From positions 2,944,001-3,008,000 of the forward strand of contig CBDBDQ010000005.1 of the NCBI GenBank assembly GCA_965203905.1: a stretch of 64,000 nucleotides of DNA. Reading direction: 5' to 3'. This document shows positions 47,224-56,686 of this stretch, piece by piece (position 1 is the first letter of the stretch; each line of letters starts with the position of its first letter). The translations under genes and the position numbers were made by a program. Source of the DNA: Spirochaetia bacterium (GTDB lineage Bacteria; Spirochaetota; Spirochaetia; SZUA-6; Bin103). A model generated the notes under the pieces. That model worked only from the letters and a program-made list of their open reading frames with translations, was not told the origin of the DNA and made no database searches.

Positions 47224-48614
47224 TTACAGCGTCACCTCGAACGATTGGTGGCCGGCGTCGGGCACAACCGTGAGCTGCCGGCCGTTGGCGTGGATCGTGA
47301 CCGGCATCGGCGCCGGCTCGACCGTGACGGTGACGTCGCGCGACTCGGTGTACGGAGCCGGCAGGTTCTGCAGCGAAGAGGACAGCGCCAGTTCTAACTG
47401 GTTCGCGGACCAGCGCACGTCGTTCACGGCCACGCTGTCGATCGGGGTCACGCTGCGGCGGGCCAGGTCGACGTGCAGCGCGCCGTAGTGGAGTTCCAGG
47501 TAGGCCGCGGCCGCCAGGGCGCCGCCTCCCGACCAGTTCATTCCCGACCAGCCGGCGGCGCGCACGCCGGCCGGGTCGTAGTCGAGCCCGTGGTGGATGC
47601 ACTCCGGGGCGTAGCCCTGCCCCGGCTGCGCGCCGTTCTTGCCGGCGCCGTTGGGGAAGAAGTGGCCGTCGTGCGCCCGCAGGCGGTTGATGCCGTTGGC
47701 GTGGTTCTCCGCCATGTCCATCAGCGCGAAGCCGGCGCGGCAGGCGGCCACGGCGCGTTCCAGATAGTGCGGGTTGCCGGTGGCCCGGTAGTAGTCGGCG
47801 AAGGTGGAGACGAAGCGGCACTGGCGTGTCGTTGAAGTCGAGCCGGTCGATGGTGTTCCGCACTACCCACGTGGCCGCCTTGACGGCCGCGTCGGCGAAC
47901 TTGCCGTTGTCCGACAGGGATGCCAGGCGAGCGAGCACGGCTCCGCTGATGCAGGTGGTGGCGCTCTCGCGGAGCTGTCTCACCGGTTGCAGGTCGTGGA
48001 AGAACCAGGTCGGAATGGCCCCGCTCGGGACCTGTGCCTCGACCAGGAACTGTCCATAACGGGTGGCGTTCTCCAGGGTGGGAGGCGTTTCGCCCAACAA
48101 CTCGTGGTGCAGCAGCGACCACCAGGTAGAGACCCCCATCGCCGCGCTGTCGTAGCAGGTGAGGGAGTCCGCGACCCGGCCGGTCCACTACAGGGTGCCT
48201 TCCCAGCAGGCGCGCTCGAAGTGGTAGATGCACGGAAACGCACCCCGGTTGCGCGGCGAGCGGTTGAACAGGTTGATGATGCCCTCCGCGGCCGCCACCA
48301 GGTCGTCGCGCCCCCACTCCCGGTCGTAGTGGCGGATGCCGAAGGCGACATGCAGGTCGTTTCCCAAGTACGCCGGCTTACGTCCATGCTCAGCCGCGCG
48401 CTGACACCGTAGTCGGTGAGGGTATACGTCTGGGTCAACGTCTGGTTGAGAAACCGTTTCTCAAGCGTGACCGAATCTCGTACAGGCTGGCACGGGCGAT
48501 CAGGCCGGTACCGCACACGACCGTCCAGCGTCCGGCGCTGCGGATCAGGAATTGGAGGTAGACGCCCGCCTCGCTCTCGTGAACCGCAATCGCGCGGTCG
48601 CCTCTTTCCAGCAT
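47224..48614 (-). pseudogene. Fragmented large hypothetical protein, possibly an (alpha/alpha)-barrel carbohydrate-active enzyme
   Basis: Coding-like pieces in alternating frames: MLERGDRAIAVHESEAGVYLQF; DLHVAFGIRHY..RGAFPCIY; YDSAAMG..QVPSGAIPTWF; FADYYRATGNPHYLERAVAACRAGF; YAPECIHH. Confidence 0.7.
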
Positions 48615-49619
48615 GCGGGCGGCTTTGGGGAGTCAGGCCGCGGACACGACGCGCCGAATTGCGGCGATGTGCTCGGGGCCGGAGGCGCAACAGCCGCCGA
48701 CGATCTGCGCCCCCGCGTCGAGCCAGTCGGCTGCGAACTCGGCGATGCGCGACGGGTAGTAGTCCGCCGTCTGGAGGATGTCCGGTCCGCTGCTGGGCCG
48801 ATGGGTGGTGAGCACGGGGCGGTTGGCGACCGGTCCCGTGGGGTTGTAGCCGAGGTTGGGGTAGGCGCCGATGACGCCGCCGTACGCCGCACGCAACAGC
48901 GGCAGGCCGGCCGAGATCGCCTCCGGGCTGCTGCACATCAGCAGGATGCCGGCAACCGGTCGCGCGCCCAGCGCCGCCACCAGGTCGGTGAACGACTCGC
49001 CGTACAGCATGCTGCCGTCGGCGTTGATCTCGCGGGTCCCGATGAGCACCGGCAGGCCGGTGTCGGCGGCGGCGTCGTACGCGGCCACGCACTCGTCGAC
49101 GTACCCCAGGAACTCGCACCAGATGCAGTCCACGCCGCACTCCGCCAGGAGCCGCGCATGGCCCGCCATCTCCTCCTGAAACGCGTCTTTTCCGAGGCGC
49201 TCGACGTCGGAGGTCAGGTCTCCGGTGTGGCGGTCCTGCAGCGCCGGAGGCGCGATGCCGCCGGCGATGTGGACGGTCGCCTCGGGCCGCTCGCAGGCGG
49301 CCGCGGCGCGCGCCCGCAGCGCGATTTCCACCGCCGCGGCTGCATGTTCCCGCCACCGATCCCGCATGCCGACGGTGGCCAGACGCGTCGGACTGGTCCA
49401 GAAGTTGTTGCTGGTGATGATGGCGGCGCCTACCCGCAGGTAATCCTGATGCACCTGCTGCACCACGTCCGCGTGGCTGAGGTTGGCCAGCGCCGACCAC
49501 GCCTTCAATTGCTTCTCGACCTGCTCCAGGACGTTGACGCCGCGCCGCTGCAGCTCCGACCCGGTACCCCCGTCCAGAACCAGCCGCTCACCGCCCTCCA
49601 ACCGTTCGACGATGGTCAT
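48475..49619. repeat. Left copy of a ~1.15 kb diverged direct repeat
   Basis: Begins ATCTCGTACAGGCTGGCACGG, identical to 54098, and is colinear up to the methyltransferase ATG. Confidence 0.92.
48633..49619 (-). CDS. Homocysteine S-methyltransferase family protein, copy 1
   Basis: LVLDGGTGSELQRRG, WSALAN, VHQDY..GA.II, LMC, GAYPN, IVGGCC; RBS AGGAGGGG; 328 aa. Confidence 0.9.
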   Translation of the reverse strand: MTIVERLEGGERLVLDGGTGSELQRRGVNVLEQVEKQLKAWSALANLSHADVVQQVHQDYLRVGAAIITSNNFWTSPTRLATVGMRDRWREHAAAAVEIALRARAAAACERPEATVHIAGGIAPPALQDRHTGDLTSDVERLGKDAFQEEMAGHARLLAECGVDCIWCEFLGYVDECVAAYDAAADTGLPVLIGTREINADGSMLYGESFTDLVAALGARPVAGILLMCSSPEAISAGLPLLRAAYGGVIGAYPNLGYNPTGPVANRPVLTTHRPSSGPDILQTADYYPSRIAEFAADWLDAGAQIVGGCCASGPEHIAAIRRVVSAA

Positions 49620-49674
49620 TTCCCCTCCTGCTGTTCCGCCGTCGCGCGTTCTCGGTCGAGCACCCGCGGATCCC

Positions 49675-49908
49675 GGTAGTGACTCATTTTGAAATCTCGC
49701 CGTCGCGAGGGCGCTTCTTGTAGGTCTTGGGCCGGTTGGGCGGGGGCGCTGCCGCATCCATCATCCTGACGAGTTCGCCCAGGTCCATCGGGTGGCGGGC
49801 AACGCCGGCTGCCACCGCGAGCGTGATCTTGGTCCATGAAGTCCAGTGCCGTTTCGCTGGTACGGTCGCCGAGCCTCCACGTGGGGACCAGCTTGGTGTC
49901 GGCGCGTC
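49675..49908 (-). mobile_element. Internally deleted IS1-family element remnant with one terminal inverted repeat
   Basis: Terminal GGTAGTGACTCATTTTGAAAT at 49675-49695; transposase fragments ADTKLVPTWRLGDRTSETALDFMD and TLAVAAGVARHPMDLGELV..NRPKTYKKR..ISK*. Confidence 0.7.
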
Positions 49909-50065
49909 GCTTGATGCGCAGATGGACTCTAATTCTCGCGGCTTGGCAGCCGGAGCGCAGAAGGCTGCGGGGATGGCGTTTGGGCTGGATCAGGCGGTGG
50001 AGTGGCCGGCGGTGGTACAGAAGGAGGCTGCGGCGGATGCCCGCGGGTGTGCCCGGGGGCCGGTA

Positions 50066-50470
50066 TTATGCCTGGCCGCTGGCGTAGTCGTGCGTGAGAA
50101 GGTCCTTGGCTGCCTGGGCAGCCTGGATGTTCAGGTCGTCCAGTATCGGCAAATCCGTCAGGCTTCCGGTCGCTTCGTCGAGATCCCGTTTTTAGGTCGT
50201 TCCATCGTTCCTCCGATACTTCGTCTGAAATGCGCCCGTTTCGAACCCGCGCCCACAGTCCACGCGCCTCGCCCGCAACACCGTCACAACGCGCGCAGAC
50301 TGCCCTGACATCGGCCAAAGTGCCCAGAGGTTTCCCGGATCAAGGTGATGATCGAGAAGACGATCACGCCTGCATTCGCCACCACGGCGATCATCGAAGG
50401 CATCTCTGCTATCAATGCAGTGCCCGCTCCGGCTGCCAGCACCGCCAAGACAATACCAGTTGATACCGTG
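50066..50470 (-). pseudogene. Frameshifted two-TM protein, SLATT-like topology
   Basis: Joining frames at short homopolymers gives STGIVLAVLAAGAGTALIAEMPSMIAVVANAGVIVFSIITLI..ARGLWARV..RWNDLKRDLDEAT..DDLNIQAAQAAKDLLTHDY. Confidence 0.35.
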
Positions 50471-50581
50471 GGGCGTGCTGCCGCGCAGTCGACCTCATGG
50501 TGAGTTTGCGAACCATCTCATCCGGGGGCCCCTGCCTGCGTCGCGAAAGTGCCCTACGATGTCGGCATTGGTGCACCGATA

Positions 50582-51562
50582 TCAATTTGGCAAGATGCAG
50601 TGGTCCTTGAACAAGCCTACGACGATGTGGCCATAATCAGTTACGGGCGAATTCACCGGAGGCGATTCGTACAAGAAGTGAATCCGGTCCACATTCGGAC
50701 GCAGCTTGACATGCCACCAGAACACTTTGTTGGTCCCACGATGACTCCGTGTACGGTCCAGCTCGGACCGTAGGTGCCTCTTGGTACGGCCATTCTCATC
50801 CGAGGTTTCGGATCCGATCTTTGCCGACAAACGTCGCTGCAAATCACGAGGGTCTCCGCTGCGATAATGGTGGAAATATTCCGCTCCATAGTCGCTCAGA
50901 CCACCTAGACTACGGACTAGCTTGTCCCGTATTTCGATGTACGGGAGGTTGAAATCGCCGAGACCACGCCACAGGTCGTCGGCCCACTCGAGCGCCGGGA
51001 AAGCAGACCGAGCGAGACGTTCGAATCCCGCCTCATCCAAGTTCTCAAGCGCCACGATCGCCCGAAAGAAACCAACGTGATGGGACTCATCGGTTACGAA
51101 GAAGACTTCGGTAGTAGCACTATCCACGGTAACAGACACCCGTCCATATGTTCCTTCGCCGATCGATAGTGGCAGAACCGCTATGTGATGTTTCTGCAAG
51201 CAACAGGCGTGTGCCCACACCACTCCTGGAGCGAACCGCACGGCTCCGTGGAAAATAGCACTGCATTCGAGTAGCTCTGAATCGTCGAATACATTGACTC
51301 GATCAAGAGCCAACATCAACCGCATAGCGAGGTCACGATCGAGTTGCACACGACAGTCTGGCTCAAATAGCGCGGAGTAGAGTTCCACGTCGTCGCCGAG
51401 AGCGGCTCTATAGAAGTCAGTGTGTCTGACGACGCATTCATTTCGCTCGCGGGCGACATCAAGCCTCGTGAGCAAGTGCTTGATTGCGTGCGACAGCGCT
51501 CCCATCCCGACCGTGGTCGCCGCTGCCCATGACGATTCATCGAGTACGAACCTGGCAGTCAC
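50582..51562 (-). CDS. Putative defence effector (Menshen NsnC-like) with a C-terminal RelE-like motif
   Basis: Third gene of the operon, GTGA overlap; C-terminus FWWHVKLRPNVDRIHFLYE..IVVGLFKDH. Confidence 0.65.
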   Translation of the reverse strand: MTARFVLDESSWAAATTVGMGALSHAIKHLLTRLDVARERNECVVRHTDFYRAALGDDVELYSALFEPDCRVQLDRDLAMRLMLALDRVNVFDDSELLECSAIFHGAVRFAPGVVWAHACCLQKHHIAVLPLSIGEGTYGRVSVTVDSATTEVFFVTDESHHVGFFRAIVALENLDEAGFERLARSAFPALEWADDLWRGLGDFNLPYIEIRDKLVRSLGGLSDYGAEYFHHYRSGDPRDLQRRLSAKIGSETSDENGRTKRHLRSELDRTRSHRGTNKVFWWHVKLRPNVDRIHFLYESPPVNSPVTDYGHIVVGLFKDHCILPN

Positions 51563-52683
51563 GGATCACGTCGGGGCCGAGAGGCCAGGGCTGCGAGATC
51601 AACTTGCGCCTGATCGAAGAACCCGGCTGGCCATGCGGTAAGCTGGCCCGTTCGCTGCAGCTCAATCGATTGATGAATAGGTTCGTCGTCTTGGGCCCGG
51701 AAGAAGTGGATCACAACCTTCTCCGGGAGAATCGCCGCGCTGCCGTCGGCGACCGCTACCCGTATGCCGTTCAGTACGTGATCACTGTGAGTCTCAAGAA
51801 AGACCTGTACACCATCCGCCGCAACCCGCGCCAGAAAGCCACCGATCTCTGACTGGCCGGCTGGATGCAAATGGGCTTCCGGATTCTCCACGAGGAGCAG
51901 TCCGCCGACTGTGGCGCGCAGAGCTGCGACGACAACTGGCAATGCATATGAAATGCCGAAGCCTGCGTTAGGCGCCCGTGTCCACTCAGTTCGAAGCCCT
52001 GGAGTCTTGAAACGAAGACGGGTAACCGAGGTGTTTGGAAACCATTCGGCATCAATCTGGGTAGGACGGACGATTCTGCTCATCCAACTTTCGGTCTGAT
52101 GTAGCAGACTCGAGATCTGGGTGTCGGTCGAGGAACTCTCCAGCCGACCGGCGCTAACTCGCGACCGATCGAATGACGCCAGAACCTGCGCTACGAACTC
52201 GCCGCGTGAGCCGACGTCGAGTTCCGTCGCGCTGGCCGCGCTGGCACTAAGCACGTCGCGTGGCCCCAGACGCTCTGCGGACAGATAGCAAAACTGCGGA
52301 GCAGGACCGGCGAGCGCTCCAGAGTAGCCGTCGGGCCTGTCAACCACAGTCGCGTTCAGTGTCCGCGTGTCATTAGCACTCGTCGCACGAAACGACCAGC
52401 GGCGATGTTTACCCTGAGTATCGACGACTTCGACGGTAGCCAGATCCTCGCTAGCCTCATGATGAATGACGTCCTCAGGCCCACCCAGCTCCAGCGTGTC
52501 GACACCGTTCAGCTCGACGTGGCCTCTTCCAGGTTGCGTAGCAATCTGCCGGGCTAGCAAGAGCGCGTGCAGGACGGAAGTCTTGCCAGCACCGTTGGCT
52601 CCCGTCAGCACTGTAAGATTCTCGGTTCTCAAGATCAAGTCGAAAAACCGCTTGAAATTCTGTAGACGGATCTCGGCAATCAT
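51559..52683 (-). CDS. AAA_15/AAA_21 ATPase with C-terminal DUF3696 (Menshen NsnB-like)
   Basis: IRLQNFKRF, Walker A GANGAGKT, GFGISYALP, LLVENPEAHLHP, ETHSDH, WPAGFFDQ. Confidence 0.88.
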   Translation of the reverse strand: MIAEIRLQNFKRFFDLILRTENLTVLTGANGAGKTSVLHALLLARQIATQPGRGHVELNGVDTLELGGPEDVIHHEASEDLATVEVVDTQGKHRRWSFRATSANDTRTLNATVVDRPDGYSGALAGPAPQFCYLSAERLGPRDVLSASAASATELDVGSRGEFVAQVLASFDRSRVSAGRLESSSTDTQISSLLHQTESWMSRIVRPTQIDAEWFPNTSVTRLRFKTPGLRTEWTRAPNAGFGISYALPVVVAALRATVGGLLLVENPEAHLHPAGQSEIGGFLARVAADGVQVFLETHSDHVLNGIRVAVADGSAAILPEKVVIHFFRAQDDEPIHQSIELQRTGQLTAWPAGFFDQAQVDLAALASRPRRDP

Positions 52684-53837
52684 AGAAGTGTACACTCGGC
52701 CAATGAACGAACCTTATCTAGACGGATTCGCACATTTCGGACAGTACCTGTGCTACCACTGATCGAATCGATGAATTCGGAATCATCCGTCATCATATCG
52801 CGTGCCCTGGTCGCCAGCTCCTTAGATGCATTACTTACTACGGTCTCCTCGTGGTCGGCCAGAACGGTGGCCCAGCTTTCGAACAACGCGCGGTTTATCG
52901 GGCTTTTTCGAGTCTGCTCCCATTGCCACTTGCGGAAAGCGTACTCGCCGAACACAGAGTAGCAGTTGGTCATGCCACGAACGAAATCGGTACGGATATC
53001 GTCAAGATCATGACGTGCGGGATCGTCGATGCGATCGGTCACGAAACCCAGGAACTCGTCGAAGCTGCCATGCTGAGCGTACTCGTCCGGGGAAAACAAT
53101 CGGAATGCGACGAAGCGCAGCGCCACCTCTCGGTCTGCCATCCTCGGATGGTTGTTAAGAGCCTGTCCGGTAGCAGTAACGAAGCTCGGTTCGCTTACCA
53201 ACCTCTTCAGGAATTCGCGGGATCGAAGCTTGCTCATGCAGTGGCGGATTTCCTGAGCGCTCAACGGAGTTCCGCCAGTGTTGATCCTACGGAAAATGTC
53301 GAACTTCACCCGGTATGGAGTCTGTGGGTCGATGACGTGGGCGACGAACTGTGAACCATTCAAACGGCGGCGAAACAGTGTCGCCAGATCGTCGAATCCC
53401 TGACCCCTCAGTTCGTGGAGGTAGGTCACGTCACCTAGCTTGACGGTTGGGTCGGTCACGTACCGGAAAATCGTCGTTAGCCGCTGGACGCCATCGACGA
53501 CCTGGAGTCGACCGGTACTGTCTTCGTTGAAGTAGAACGATGGCAGAGGGATCCCCAGCAGGAGTGACTCGATCAACCCGGAACGTTGCCAAGCCTTCCA
53601 CACATAGTGCCGCTGGAAATCGGGGGCGAGGTCGATGTCGCCCTCATCAATCATGTCCACTACTTGGCGTAGCGAGTAGTGCTTCGTGTGGATTCGAATT
53701 TTCTCTGGGTCCCAGGGCTCAGGCTCCTCGGGCGGTGACGGTTCTTCGACTTCGAGTTCAACGCCCGTTGCGTGGCTCTCGAAGTACTCCTCGCGAATCT
53801 CGACTTCAGTCGGTGATGGGTTGTCGGTGGTCGGCAT
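52680..53837 (-). CDS. DUF262 (ParB/GmrS-like) protein (Menshen NsnA-like)
   Basis: PDFQRHYVW, LIESLLLGIPLP, VVDGVQRLTT, IFRRINTGGTPLSAQEIR; ATGA overlap with the ATPase. Confidence 0.9.
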   Translation of the reverse strand: MPTTDNPSPTEVEIREEYFESHATGVELEVEEPSPPEEPEPWDPEKIRIHTKHYSLRQVVDMIDEGDIDLAPDFQRHYVWKAWQRSGLIESLLLGIPLPSFYFNEDSTGRLQVVDGVQRLTTIFRYVTDPTVKLGDVTYLHELRGQGFDDLATLFRRRLNGSQFVAHVIDPQTPYRVKFDIFRRINTGGTPLSAQEIRHCMSKLRSREFLKRLVSEPSFVTATGQALNNHPRMADREVALRFVAFRLFSPDEYAQHGSFDEFLGFVTDRIDDPARHDLDDIRTDFVRGMTNCYSVFGEYAFRKWQWEQTRKSPINRALFESWATVLADHEETVVSNASKELATRARDMMTDDSEFIDSISGSTGTVRNVRIRLDKVRSLAECTLL

Positions 53838-54097
53838 GGACTATCTCTATCTCTGCGGGGTCGGTGTGTTCCGCTCTGTGCGGATTCGTGATGGCGTCGC
53901 CTCTAGTCGAGATGCCTCGTCGGGCGCTCTGCTGAGATGCGGCTCGCGACCGTTGATCACCTCGCCAACCCAAGCTAACCCGGATGCTATCCGAGTGTCG
54001 AACGACCGCCACCACCGCCTTACACGATAGTACATTGCAACCCCCTGTCTCGCATCTGCAATCGCGTCGCGGATCCTCGCTCTTGGGCACCATCCGC

Positions 54098-55230
54098 ATC
54101 TCGTACAGGCTGGCACGGACGATCAGGCCGGTACCGCGGCCGACCGTCCAGCGTCGGCCGCCGCGAGTTACTGGAGGTAGACGCCCGCCCCGCTCTCGTG
54201 AGTCTGATCGCCGTTTCCCGGCATGCGGGCGACTTTGGGCGGGTCAGGCCGCGGAGACGACGCGCCGAATGGCGGCTATGTGCTCGGGGCCGGAAGCGCA
54301 GCAGCCGCCGACGATCTGCGCCCCCGCGGCGAGCCAGTCGGCTGCGAACCCGGCGATGCGCGACGGGTTGTAGTCCGCCGCCTGGATGATGTCCGGTCCG
54401 GTGCTGGGCCGCCGGTTGCCGAGTATGGGGCGGTCGAAGACCGGCCCGGTAGGGTTGTAGCCGAGGTTGGCGTAGGCGCCGATGACACCGCCGTACGCCG
54501 CGCGCAGCAGTGGCAGGCCGGCGGAAATCGCCTCCGGATTGCTGCACATCAGCAGGATGCCGGCAACCGGTCGCGCATCCAACGCCGCCACCAGGTCGGC
54601 GAACGACTCCCCGTACTCCATGCTGCCGTCGGCGTTTATGTGGCGTATCCCGATGAACACCGGCAGGCCGGTGCCGGCCGCGGCGTCGTACGCGGCCACG
54701 CACTCGTCGACGTAGGCCAGGAATTCACACCAGATGCAGTCCACGCCGCACTGTGCCAGGAGCCGTGCATGGGCGGCCATCTCCTCCTGAAACGCGTCCT
54801 TGCCGAGGCGCTCGACGTCGGAGGCCAAGTCTCCGGTGTCGCGGTCCTGCAGCGCCGGAGGGGCGATGCCGCCGGCCAGGTAAGCCGTTGCGTCGGGTCG
54901 CTCGCGGGCGGCCGCCTCGCGCGCCCGCAGCGCGATTTCCACGGCGGCGGCTGCATGTTCCCGCCACCGGTCCTGCATCCCTACCGTCGCCAGACGCGTC
55001 GGACTGGTCCAGAAATTGTTGCTGGTGATGATGTCGGCGCCCACCCGCAGGTAATCCTGATGCACCTGCTGCACCACATCCGCGTGGCTGAGGTTGGCCA
55101 GCGCCGACCACGCCTTCAGTTCCTTGTTGACTTGCTGCAGCACGTCGACGCCGCGGCGCTGCAACTCCGAGCCGGTGCCCCCGTCCAGAACCAGCCGCTC
55201 GCCCGCCCCCAACCGTTCGACGATGGTCAT
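54098..55230. repeat. Right copy of the ~1.15 kb diverged direct repeat
   Basis: Colinear with 48475-49619, with small indels in the part downstream of the gene. Confidence 0.92.
54244..55230 (-). CDS. Homocysteine S-methyltransferase family protein, copy 2
   Basis: Same motifs and 328-aa length as copy 1; about 40 amino-acid differences by hand count. Confidence 0.9.
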   Translation of the reverse strand: MTIVERLGAGERLVLDGGTGSELQRRGVDVLQQVNKELKAWSALANLSHADVVQQVHQDYLRVGADIITSNNFWTSPTRLATVGMQDRWREHAAAAVEIALRAREAAARERPDATAYLAGGIAPPALQDRDTGDLASDVERLGKDAFQEEMAAHARLLAQCGVDCIWCEFLAYVDECVAAYDAAAGTGLPVFIGIRHINADGSMEYGESFADLVAALDARPVAGILLMCSNPEAISAGLPLLRAAYGGVIGAYANLGYNPTGPVFDRPILGNRRPSTGPDIIQAADYNPSRIAGFAADWLAAGAQIVGGCCASGPEHIAAIRRVVSAA

Positions 55231-55687
55231 TGCCCGTCCCCGCGCCGCGTAGTGCCGCGCTGCTTCCTGAGTCCGCGCGCCCGGCCGGCACATCTCAGCG
55301 GCGTCGCGGTACGCGCGCCTGCCGCGCCGGCGATCCAGTAGGTCGTGGCCGCGCGGTCAGCCGGCCCCACCGCGGTGCGTTCCAGCAGGGCGAGAACGGC
55401 GCGTCCGGTACAATCGTCCAAGCCATCGCGGATCCTCGCACGCCGAGTCGCGGGTGAGTGTGGCTCGCACGACCGTCTCGGCGTTTCCGGCATTCCGTAG
55501 GCCTCCCCGTCACGACGGCGGAATCTCCCACTCACACGAGACACAATACAGGAACTGTCCCGGCGCGGTCAGCACCGGGGCGCCTGCCCGGGCCGCCCGG
55601 GTCGCGAGGCTGACACGGCGCGGGGCACGTGGCACGATGAGTCGCTGCGGAGACGCCGGGGCTGTTCGGCGGAGGAGAGGATGCAGA

Positions 55688-56686
55688 ATGCAACAGCAAG
55701 CGAAACGGGACCGGCTGTACCTGGAGCAGGACGCCGATCTCGCACCCCTGCGGGGCAAGCTGATCGCCTCGCTCGGGTACGGTAGCCAGGGACATGCACA
55801 GGCGCAGAACCTGCGCGACTCGGGGCTCCAGGTGATCGTCGGCAACGTCGACGACCGCTACGCCGAGGCGGCTCGCGGCGACGGTTTCGAGGTGGTGGGG
55901 ATCGCCGCTGCGGTGCAGCGCGCCGACGTGCTGCTGGTGCTGGTGCCGGACGAGGTGCAGCAGGAGGTGTATCGGACTGAGATCGAGCCGCACCTGCGCG
56001 CCGGCCAGGTGCTCGACTTCGCCAGCGGCTACGCGGTGCACTTCGGGCTGATCCAGCCGCCTCCCTTCGTCGACGTGGTGCTGTGCGTCCCGGCCTGCCT
56101 GGGCGAGATCGCGCGCCGCCGCTTCGTGGAGGGCAAGGGCACCTACGGCTCGTTCGGCGTGCATCAGGACGCATCCGGCACGGCGCGGGACATCGCGCTG
56201 GCGCTGGCGCTGGGGACGGGCTGGCTGCGCTTCGGCAGCGTCGAGTGCAGCTTCGCCGACGAGGTGGCGGTCAACCTGTTCGCCGAGACGGCGGGCCTCA
56301 GCGCGGTGGCGACGCTGCTGCTCACCGCCTATGAGGTGCTGGTGGAGGCGGGCTTCTCGGCCGAGAAGGCCTACTCCGAGACCTTCTACGAGCTGCAGTT
56401 CGTGGCCGAATCCCTCACCCAGGGGCGCCTCGGCGACACTTCGGGATCGCCAACCGCGGTGTACCTCGGACTCACCCAGACCGGGAAGGTGATCGACGGC
56501 GAGGTGCGCAACAGCATGCGCAAGATGCTGCGCCGGGTGCAGAGCGGGGAGCTGGTGCGCGAGTGGAACCTGGAGCAGATGGCAGGCCGCCCGGTGCTGA
56601 CGCAGCTCAAACGGGAACTCGCGGAGCACGACATCAGGCACGTCGAGGAGCTGTTCCTGGAGCGCAAGCGGGCCACGGGCTGGTGA
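55688..56686 (+). CDS. Ketol-acid reductoisomerase (IlvC)-like protein with a non-canonical active site
   Basis: DADL..L.GK, GYGSQGHAQAQNLRDSG, VPDE, VHQDASG.A. The canonical APKGPG and DLFGEQ motifs read VPACLG and NLFAET. Confidence 0.8.
   Translation: MQQQAKRDRLYLEQDADLAPLRGKLIASLGYGSQGHAQAQNLRDSGLQVIVGNVDDRYAEAARGDGFEVVGIAAAVQRADVLLVLVPDEVQQEVYRTEIEPHLRAGQVLDFASGYAVHFGLIQPPPFVDVVLCVPACLGEIARRRFVEGKGTYGSFGVHQDASGTARDIALALALGTGWLRFGSVECSFADEVAVNLFAETAGLSAVATLLLTAYEVLVEAGFSAEKAYSETFYELQFVAESLTQGRLGDTSGSPTAVYLGLTQTGKVIDGEVRNSMRKMLRRVQSGELVREWNLEQMAGRPVLTQLKRELAEHDIRHVEELFLERKRATGW

Noticed and set aside
52680-53837. GmrSD type IV restriction enzyme call
   Set aside because: No C-terminal DUF1524/HNH domain; the AAA/DUF3696 context fits a Menshen-like system better.
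48400-55500. Prophage or integrative element
   Set aside because: No integrase, tRNA attachment site, phage or conjugation genes.
55688-56686. Assigning the gene symbol ilvC
   Set aside because: Key catalytic and cofactor motifs differ and the context is catabolic, so the symbol was withheld.
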